Virus record (IMG/VR): IMGVR_UViG_3300037882_002241
Span: 3,803 to 67,802 of that record
Origin: a virus
Reading direction: 5' to 3' (one strand)
Length of the DNA: 64,000 nt
This document shows, piece by piece, positions 56,683-64,000 of the stretch (position 1 is the first letter of the stretch; the number at the start of each line of letters is the position of its first letter). The position numbers and the translations under genes were made by a program. The notes under the pieces are model-generated. The model searched no databases, was not told where the DNA came from, and saw nothing but the letters and a program-made list of their open reading frames with translations.

Positions 56683-57476
56683 TATGCAAAAGTCCCGTGA
56701 ATGTTAGCATAAGCGTTGCCTATTGCTCTAATTTTATATTCACGGCGCAAAGTTTGCTCTTGACCACGTGATAAATTAAATTCCTTTGTTTCACCATTTA
56801 GTAAATAAGCGATTGTGCCATCGGGCATATCAACTTCAATTCGGTTAGGTGACGATTGACCGTTTGTTACGCCAGCCGCTGTGACTGTAACAGATAATAA
56901 ATCACCCGCAATTAAACCTGTATCAACAGTATCAGGCTGTCCCGCAAAATTAGGATTAGAAGCAGATAAACCAGCTCCCGCAATTTGTGGTAATGCAGAA
57001 CCAGTAACATTTACGTTATTCGAAATAACACAAGCGCCCTTTAAAATACCAGCAGGCTTAACCAAAGAAGCAACACCTGTATCATCATTTTGCCAGTAAA
57101 CTACACCATTAGGAATACCGTTTTTCTTTACAACTAATTGTGAGTAATTAACGCCATTTAAGCACCATGCAACAGGGTCACTCTCGAAATCATTATCAGG
57201 GCAATTAACTAAAGTGTTAATACTTGCAACAGGAAAAGCCGCACCAGTTGATAAATTCAAAGCGGTTGTATTTTCAGGAATGCCCGTCGTATTAGTGTCT
57301 AGCCATTGATGAACAATTCTAATTCTATCACCCGCATCAGTGCAACGATAAATAACCTCACTGTCATATTTTGGCAATGGCAACGGGTTAGGTTGTGGCG
57401 GTGGCAAATCAGGAAGCGTAACATTAGGCGCGGGGCAAGCCACGCCGTTAACTACTTGAAACATTACTTGGGTCAT
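56682..57476 (-). CDS. Putative structural protein
   Basis: Pro-rich N-terminus, paired Cys modules, beta-rich C-terminus. Confidence 0.55.
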   Translation of the reverse strand: MTQVMFQVVNGVACPAPNVTLPDLPPPQPNPLPLPKYDSEVIYRCTDAGDRIRIVHQWLDTNTTGIPENTTALNLSTGAAFPVASINTLVNCPDNDFESDPVAWCLNGVNYSQLVVKKNGIPNGVVYWQNDDTGVASLVKPAGILKGACVISNNVNVTGSALPQIAGAGLSASNPNFAGQPDTVDTGLIAGDLLSVTVTAAGVTNGQSSPNRIEVDMPDGTIAYLLNGETKEFNLSRGQEQTLRREYKIRAIGNAYANIHGTFA

Positions 57477-57479
57477 TGT

Positions 57480-58817
57480 TTAAATCTCTTGGAACATCAT
57501 ACTAGGTGATATTGTGTGTTTACTTGACGGCATTAATTCCGTCATTGCCCAAACTAGGGCATCTAATCTATCAGGTGAACCTTTGCCTTTAAACCCCATA
57601 TTGCTCATTTCAAGCATCTGTGATTCTAATGCACCAAGTCCTTTTATATGTTTAACCTTGCCCTGCTCATATAATGTAGCAACAGGTTCAGCACGAATAT
57701 GCTTGCCACGTGAAGCTGTAACAGCAGTATATGACACTCTAGCATCAACGTTACGTATGACACTTTTAACCATATCACCGCCAAAATTACTTTCAGCAAC
57801 AATCCTGTCCGCACTATATTTATAATAAGCTTGTACCGCTTGATTAGCCCATCCTTCAGGCGTTAATGAGCAAGTAACGTCGTCAATAACGTAATATAAG
57901 CCATCTTCACCAAGTCCGCAAATTACAATGCCTTGATAGTCACCAGCCTCATTGCCTTTGCCACTAGGGTCTACACCAACAATAACGCGTTTCATAACTG
58001 GCAATTCATCACCAACTGTCATATGACAATCGTCAATCATTTTACCAGTCCACAACGCGCCTTCAATATCCTCTAATATCTCACCCTCTAATTCTTGGCG
58101 ACCGATACGAGTCCCCTCATAATCTTTTTGCAAATCTTCGTAAAAGTTTTCTGAAAGGTTAGCTTTATTATCAATTGTGCGACCACGGATAATCTTAGCA
58201 TCCGCTCGCTTTATAATCTCTTTAATGGCAGGTAATGGGCGGGGAGTAGTCGAAAAGTAAATTCTAGCCTTTAGGTTTTCGCCACCGATTTTAGAACGCA
58301 TTGCAAATCGTAAATTATACAATACTGAATCTATATTTTTACCGTAAGCTGCAAATTCTTCTAAACCAGCCCAGCTAATGTTTAAGCCACGAATCCTATC
58401 AGGCTCTGTTGCATACATTAAGTAAATCATTGAGCCGTTAGCAAGGTATAGCTCACCATCACTAATTCTTAAAGCATCTTTCCAAGAACCGCCACGCAAG
58501 CATTGTGTTGGTATAATGGTTTTTAAACCACTTTCGCCATCTAGTGTGATTTTCTTTAAGTCACCATGTGTTGGTGCTATTATAACGCCCTTAGTATTAG
58601 CGTGCAGTGCAGCCTTTAAAAAGCAATTACTATTTAACGCCCATGTCTTACCAAAACCTCGACCGCATAGCCATCCATGCCATTTAAAGTCTTCAGTCTC
58701 ATCTACAATTTGATTGGGGCGGGCTTTTGTGTAAAATTCACTAGCGAAAGCAGCAACAGCCGCTTGATATGGTGATAAATTCATAAACCTTAAACGCCGT
58801 AGCTTATTAATTAGCAC
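57480..58817 (-). CDS. terL: Terminase large subunit
   Basis: CGRGFGKT Walker A, IRG...LEEFA, TTPRP, GRQELEGE, VGVDPS, AESNFGG, SPDRLDALVWA. Confidence 0.95.
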   Translation of the reverse strand: MLINKLRRLRFMNLSPYQAAVAAFASEFYTKARPNQIVDETEDFKWHGWLCGRGFGKTWALNSNCFLKAALHANTKGVIIAPTHGDLKKITLDGESGLKTIIPTQCLRGGSWKDALRISDGELYLANGSMIYLMYATEPDRIRGLNISWAGLEEFAAYGKNIDSVLYNLRFAMRSKIGGENLKARIYFSTTPRPLPAIKEIIKRADAKIIRGRTIDNKANLSENFYEDLQKDYEGTRIGRQELEGEILEDIEGALWTGKMIDDCHMTVGDELPVMKRVIVGVDPSGKGNEAGDYQGIVICGLGEDGLYYVIDDVTCSLTPEGWANQAVQAYYKYSADRIVAESNFGGDMVKSVIRNVDARVSYTAVTASRGKHIRAEPVATLYEQGKVKHIKGLGALESQMLEMSNMGFKGKGSPDRLDALVWAMTELMPSSKHTISPSMMFQEI

Positions 58818-59044
58818 CGTTTAATTTATAAATCAATAGCTAAAAGTAGCTAGTTTACAAGCCAATTAACATCATACATAGCAATACAATAAATCCCACT
58901 GCTAATATAAGCAACCTTTCGTCGTACTTGTCCATTGCTAATTTTTCTTTCATGAGTAGCTAGTTTAGGTTATTATCCTTAATAAATACATATACATCAA
59001 AACAAAAAACGCAATTAAAATTAATGTAATATTATCTTCGCTCA

Positions 59045-60467
59045 TCATAATCTCTCGTATAAAATGACTGAATAGTGCAATAGCATCAAACCTATTGCAG
59101 TTACAAAAATAATCCATTGCCAGCCGTGTTTATTTTCTTTTCTGAAAAATAAATCTTCTATGCCTTCGGTAATTAATAAAACTCCGATTAAAGCTGAAAT
59201 AATACATGGTATCCAAATCCAGTTTATCATTATAATCTCTCCCATATGATAGTAGCACAATAAAACATTAAACAGGATGCAAATAAATTAACAGTCAATT
59301 CTATCAAGCTCTTACCCCTATTTTCATATAAAGCATATACAAAAACTCTCGCACCAATAACACAAGCACTTATAAATAATATCCAGTTTAACACTTTATT
59401 TCTCTCTCATAAATTCTATTATTTCTAAAAACGTATTATGGGTTATCATGTTACGCATAACTCTACAACCTAACTCCATATTTGTCTCATCATTATCACT
59501 AATAACATTGAACATAATTGTGGTTTCATAGTTATCGTCTTGAAACTTGATGTATTTATCCTTACCGCTGCAGATTTCGCGGCTAAGGTAAGTGTCATTA
59601 TCTATTGTAATCTTATTTTCAAAACGCCCACATAAAAAATCTATTGTTAACATTTTATTTTCCCCTTATTTACCTATCGTTGATACATCACAACTCAAAC
59701 CCTGATTTGCCAGCCACGCCTTAGCGATAGCCTCTTCGCCTATGGCAACAGCAGCTTTGACAACATCTCTTGCTTCTAAGGATTCGGCGACAAATACCCA
59801 CTCTTGGTGTCGTCTCTTAAATTCATCGAGCGTAATTTCAGGCAGCCCCGTGTTTAATGAGCGATGGTTGTGTGATTTTAAAACTGCTGCTTTTAAAGCA
59901 TCTTCCGTTGGTTCGTATTTCATTTTTTCCATTTTTTTCATTCTCCTTTATTATAAAAAAGTTTTATTATTATTGACGACAATAAAAACATCATAGATGC
60001 TACCATAAATTCATGCCAACCAACAACAATGCCAAAAAGCATAAGGAACAATATGATAAACATTGATACTAAACCAACAACAAAACTCCACGATAGTAAG
60101 TTTAGGATTACCCTATCAAGAAACCCTGCAAAATCTATGCCATCAATGCTTTTTAACCATTCATCATCATTCATTTTCATTCTCCCAAAAACAAAACGTG
60201 AGTTGGTGGGTTTATAATCGAGCAATGTATTCTTTGCCCGTGAAATGGGTTGAACCCCAAATCACCAGTGTGTCTCCTCCACTCTATGTAATAAACATGC
60301 GCGGGAGCAATAACATCAGACTCATAGAAAGTGTCACAATCATTTACCCTCTTGTGAATGCGGAAACTACCACCGTAACCTAAGTAGAAACCACTCTGGG
60401 TAATGTCACATGTAGGGATTACATCGAAATCAACTTTATTTCTTTTTTTCATCTTAATTCTCCTCAT
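59045..60467 (-). CDS. Cluster of five small hypothetical/membrane ORFs (59045, 59396, 59666, 59938, 60177)
   Basis: Co-oriented ORFs behind leftward promoter near 60500. Confidence 0.5.
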
Positions 60468-60489
60468 ACCAACATATTAAACAATCGCT

Positions 60490-60580
60490 CCCGTTATGTC
60501 AATAACTATTTTTGATAAATAATTTAAATTTGTGAAAAATAACTATTGACATATTGAATGGGTGTGATATTGTTAATCTA
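60490..60580. promoter_or_regulatory. Back-to-back early promoters
   Basis: TGTCAATAACTAT (minus TTGACA) and AACTATTGACA (plus). Confidence 0.7.
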
Positions 60581-60597
60581 ACAAAGGATATAATAAA

Positions 60598-62436
60598 ATG
60601 AAATTTAAACAAGGTGGCGTTTACGTAGATGATGAAACGGGGGCGGTTTATGAGTGTCAGCACACCCCAATTACAAACCAAGAAGGTGCGTCACGAACTG
60701 GTTACTTAAAATTGTTATCGGCGCATAATTCAGATACAGTGCCTGTCGGGTTTTGTTTTACAAGCGAAGACTGTGTGTCTTTAGGCTTAAGACATTGGCA
60801 AGTCTCAGATGAGCCCGAGTTTTACGACGTTGAAAGATGGGGTAATATTGAAATTGGCAAGGTTTATAGAAGTTTTTTAACAACCAAAATAGTTAATAGA
60901 TTTATCTATGTGGGACAATCTTTAGATGACCATTTCTTCTTTGCTTATTATGAGGGGGGAAAAGTTACAAATATGGGCGTTAGAAATAAAAAAGATATTC
61001 ATTTAGACATCACCCGCCCCGCTTTCCCCGATGAGATTGCAGGTCTTAAATTACCACAGTTACAAGGAGAAATAAAATGAAATACATTAAATACATCCTA
61101 ATTATATTAACATGTTCTTATATGTTAGCTTTGTTCATATTGGTGTTTTTAGGCATGGGTGGGGGTGTAGTAACCCCAAGCATGGCTCAATCGGCATTTG
61201 CAGGGTTCTTATCTTTATTTTCAGCGTGGTATGTTTATGTGATTGCTGAGTGGCTGGTTAATTCATAGCTCGCCTATCTAAAGTATATATAAAAACCACA
61301 TAGCAACTTAAAGAAATATGTAAACCCCTATTTTGGGACATTTTTTTAACAAGCTATGCAAAATTGTTATATCTAACACAAATTCGAATTACAGGGGTTA
61401 CAGATATGACCCTGTAGTTAACTAGGTGAGGTAGTTAGGCACATGGGAGACCAACCGCAAACCTATCTCACCATCTTTTTAAAGGATTAAATAAAGTGAA
61501 TAATGATTTAAAGCCCAGTGATTACTATAAAAATGTCGTTAATAGCATTAATAGAGCTATAGAGTTCTTAGAAAAAAAGAATGAACACATTTACCCATCG
61601 ATTTTATTGTCAACCCTTAAATTAACAATGTCATTAATTGATAAAATCAAACCTGATGTTTATATTACTAGTAAAAGCCTATTTCTTCATTCAAAAGATG
61701 GGTTGCGGTTTTTTCTAAGCTCAGTATCTTATTATAAGCGCATAAGCACAATAAAACATGTTGATGACATTGATAGCCATTGTGAGAATATAAGACGTGC
61801 TATAATAGAATTAAATATTTATGAAAAAATGATGAGGGTTGAGTAAATGAAGAAAATATTAATGGCAACATTATTAATCTTAGCACTTGCGTCCTGTAAT
61901 GAGAATTCGTCACATTGTAAGGATTGGAATAGTGATATAACTTGTTTACCGACAAAAGAAAACACGATTATCTATATAAGGTTGCAAGATGGCGCAGAGA
62001 CAACAGCAAGCGTGCATAGGTTGTGGAAAACCTATAAGGCTATATTTGTAACTGACAAAGGCGTTGTATCACCTATCATGTGGAGAAAACCGTAATGTTA
62101 ATCACCTATGATATAAGCGGCAATGAATTAAAGGGGCAAGAGCTACTTGATTTTCGTCAAAAGGTATTTAAAGCCATTAAGGACGTGAGAAAGTCGTATA
62201 ACCGCAAAGAGTTTATCAATGGTATGGCATGGCAAATTAACGGTCTGTATTTTGCAAATCTCTACAGATATAATCATTTAAAGATAGGCGTTACACATTA
62301 CTTTGATATAATCATTAATCCTAGCGATGATGATATTGCAAATAATGAGCTTGTCATTCAAGACTTTACTCATGATGATTTAGTGGTGAGATTACCAATC
62401 AGAAATATTTCTGTAGCTTTTAAAATAGTTTTATAA
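60598..62436 (+). CDS. Cluster of hypothetical ORFs (60598, 61077 membrane, 61496, 61847 lipoprotein LASC, 62080)
   Basis: Co-oriented ORFs with RBSs. Confidence 0.55.
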
Positions 62437-62525
62437 AACTGAAAATAGTTATTGACAGGGCGTAAAAACCCGTCTATATATATAAACACAACAGGGCAAC
62501 GCCCAACCAACAAGGGACTAAGAAA

Positions 62526-62945
62526 ATGGCTTATATCAATCAAGAAACTAAAGCTAAAATCGTTAATGAAACAAAAGTATTACTAAAAAAATACAACATG
62601 AAAGCTACTTGGTCGATTAAAGACCATGCTGTTTTAAAATTAAATGTAAAAACCTCTAATGTTGATTTTATTTCTGATAAAATTGCTTATTTAGAAACAA
62701 GACATGACGATATTTCAGAAAGCTATTTAAAGTATTTCAAAGATGGTGGTTACTTAAATTCTAACACCTCAATAAGAGGTAACTTGCTTTTCACTGGTAA
62801 ATCTGAAGAGTTTTTAACTGAATTAGCTAAAATAATTTACAGCGCAGAAAACAACCATGATAATTCAGATTCTCAAACAGATTATTTTGACGTTGGTTTT
62901 TATTTTTATGTTAATTTAAGTGAAGTGAAGTATATATCACAATGA
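62526..62945 (+). CDS. Conserved phage protein (DNSDSQTDYFDVGFY motif)
   Basis: Recognisable C-terminal motif; own promoter copy at 62447. Confidence 0.65.
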   Translation: MAYINQETKAKIVNETKVLLKKYNMKATWSIKDHAVLKLNVKTSNVDFISDKIAYLETRHDDISESYLKYFKDGGYLNSNTSIRGNLLFTGKSEEFLTELAKIIYSAENNHDNSDSQTDYFDVGFYFYVNLSEVKYISQ

Positions 62946-63181
62946 CACCAAACCAACTTAAACAAGCTAGATATGACCTCGCAATTAATGCGGGGTTAGG
63001 GCGGGGCTTTAAGGCATCTGAATTTGCCCGTTTAATGGGACTTACAGGCATTACAGGTGGTGAAACGGTAATAGACTATGAGCAAGGTAAGAAAGCCCCC
63101 AGCGGCGTTTATATCAAGCTTATAGAGGCTTATGTTAAACACGGATTGCCTAATGACTGGCGTGATAGTTTAGTGCTTTGA
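62942..63181 (+). CDS. XRE-type HTH protein
   Basis: MTPNQLKQAR...SEFARLMG...TVIDYEQGKKAP. Confidence 0.75.
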   Translation: MTPNQLKQARYDLAINAGLGRGFKASEFARLMGLTGITGGETVIDYEQGKKAPSGVYIKLIEAYVKHGLPNDWRDSLVL

Positions 63182-63344
63182 TACAATGCTTAATATTATG
63201 TAAAACTCATTAACTTCATGTTTTTTATTAGAGTTGAAAAAATAGTAGTTTTTACGACTTGACGGGAAATGCCTCCCTATTTCATTGCTTATATCATCAC
63301 ATAATTTACTTATGGCTAGTTTAAATTCATTTTCTGTCATGTGA

Positions 63345-63947
63345 TTAACCCTTTGACTTATGAGCACCAGCCATCTTTATTATATCTGCAAACATATCCT
63401 CATTCATGGTTGCTTTGCTTTCTTGTGGTGTTAATACAATGCCGTTAGCATCCTGCTCTCTTTGTTGTGCTAATATCAACGATTGCTGATTTACGGAGAA
63501 TATCTTACCAACTTCGCCAAGCTCTTTAGTGTTGATTGTCTTACTTGCTTTATATTCATCTTGCAACAATTTGACCTTAGCCTTTATAAGCTCTTGGATT
63601 GCAGAACCTATTTGCCTTCCTTCCCTTATTTCTCTTTGATGGTCTTTTACAATGTCTGTAAGTCGTGTTGATTCCTTATCAATGGCATCTGTTTTTTGTT
63701 CTTGTGTTAGCCCTGAAACCACCCCTGCAACTTTGGCTGCAACTTCTTTTGCAATAATTGCGCTAACGTCTTGTTTCCATTGGTTTTTTTCTATATTTCT
63801 GTCTATAGCTGGGCGGCTTACTTTGTATTTAATAGCTAAACTGTTTATGCTTGCACCTGCACAATAGTCTTTTCCTACATTCTCCCAAAATATAGCATCT
63901 TTGTGATATGGCTCTTTAGGTTTTTTTGTTTTAGGCTTTACTGCCAT
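63345..63947 (-). CDS. terS: Terminase small subunit (putative)
   Basis: W..V.KDY.AG.SINSLA.KY.VS..AI....K..W HTH N-terminus, helical body; 4.5 kb upstream of terL. Confidence 0.65.
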   Translation of the reverse strand: MAVKPKTKKPKEPYHKDAIFWENVGKDYCAGASINSLAIKYKVSRPAIDRNIEKNQWKQDVSAIIAKEVAAKVAGVVSGLTQEQKTDAIDKESTRLTDIVKDHQREIREGRQIGSAIQELIKAKVKLLQDEYKASKTINTKELGEVGKIFSVNQQSLILAQQREQDANGIVLTPQESKATMNEDMFADIIKMAGAHKSKG

Positions 63948-64000
63948 TGTATTATCTCTATGTTAGATTACATATTAACACATTGTTTCAATAATGGCAA

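Noticed and set aside
29123-58713. Numerous plus-strand ORFs opposite structural genes
   Set aside because: Antisense shadows of long minus-strand genes

Overview
AT-rich tailed-phage DNA that looks like most or all of one ~64 kb genome. The ORF running off position 1 would lead into the terminase small subunit at the right edge if the genome is circular. It combines an HK97-type head (terL, portal, prohead protease, major capsid) with a Mu-like contractile tail (sheath, tube, chaperone with a -1 frameshift site, tape measure, gp43-48-like baseplate), tail spike/fibre genes and a Gram-negative lysis cassette (M15 endolysin, holin, spanins). The SSB and terL look alphaproteobacterial, which is an inference. 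Positions 1-25 kb and 59-63 kb hold early/replication genes: YdaU-like initiator, ERF, Gp157, SSB, RusA, dCTP deaminase, Bro-N antirepressor, HNH/GIY-YIG nucleases and many small ORFs behind a repeated sigma70-like promoter. There are 5 tRNAs and a TnpB-only IS200/IS605 element. No integrase, CI repressor, DNA polymerase or reverse transcriptase was recognised. Most notable: (i) strongly Cys-enriched outer virion proteins with a Cys-free tape measure; (ii) a 6 kb fibre-like gene block between terL and portal containing three covarying GNRA hairpins; (iii) several candidate non-coding RNAs, including an oversized tRNA-like RNA, a twin-hairpin RNA, and three leaders with the same interleaved pseudoknot/terminator topology; (iv) a TnpB insertion whose ends supply a new stop codon and a new RBS/start to the overlapping genes it split. 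All product calls are from motif recognition by eye, without database searches.
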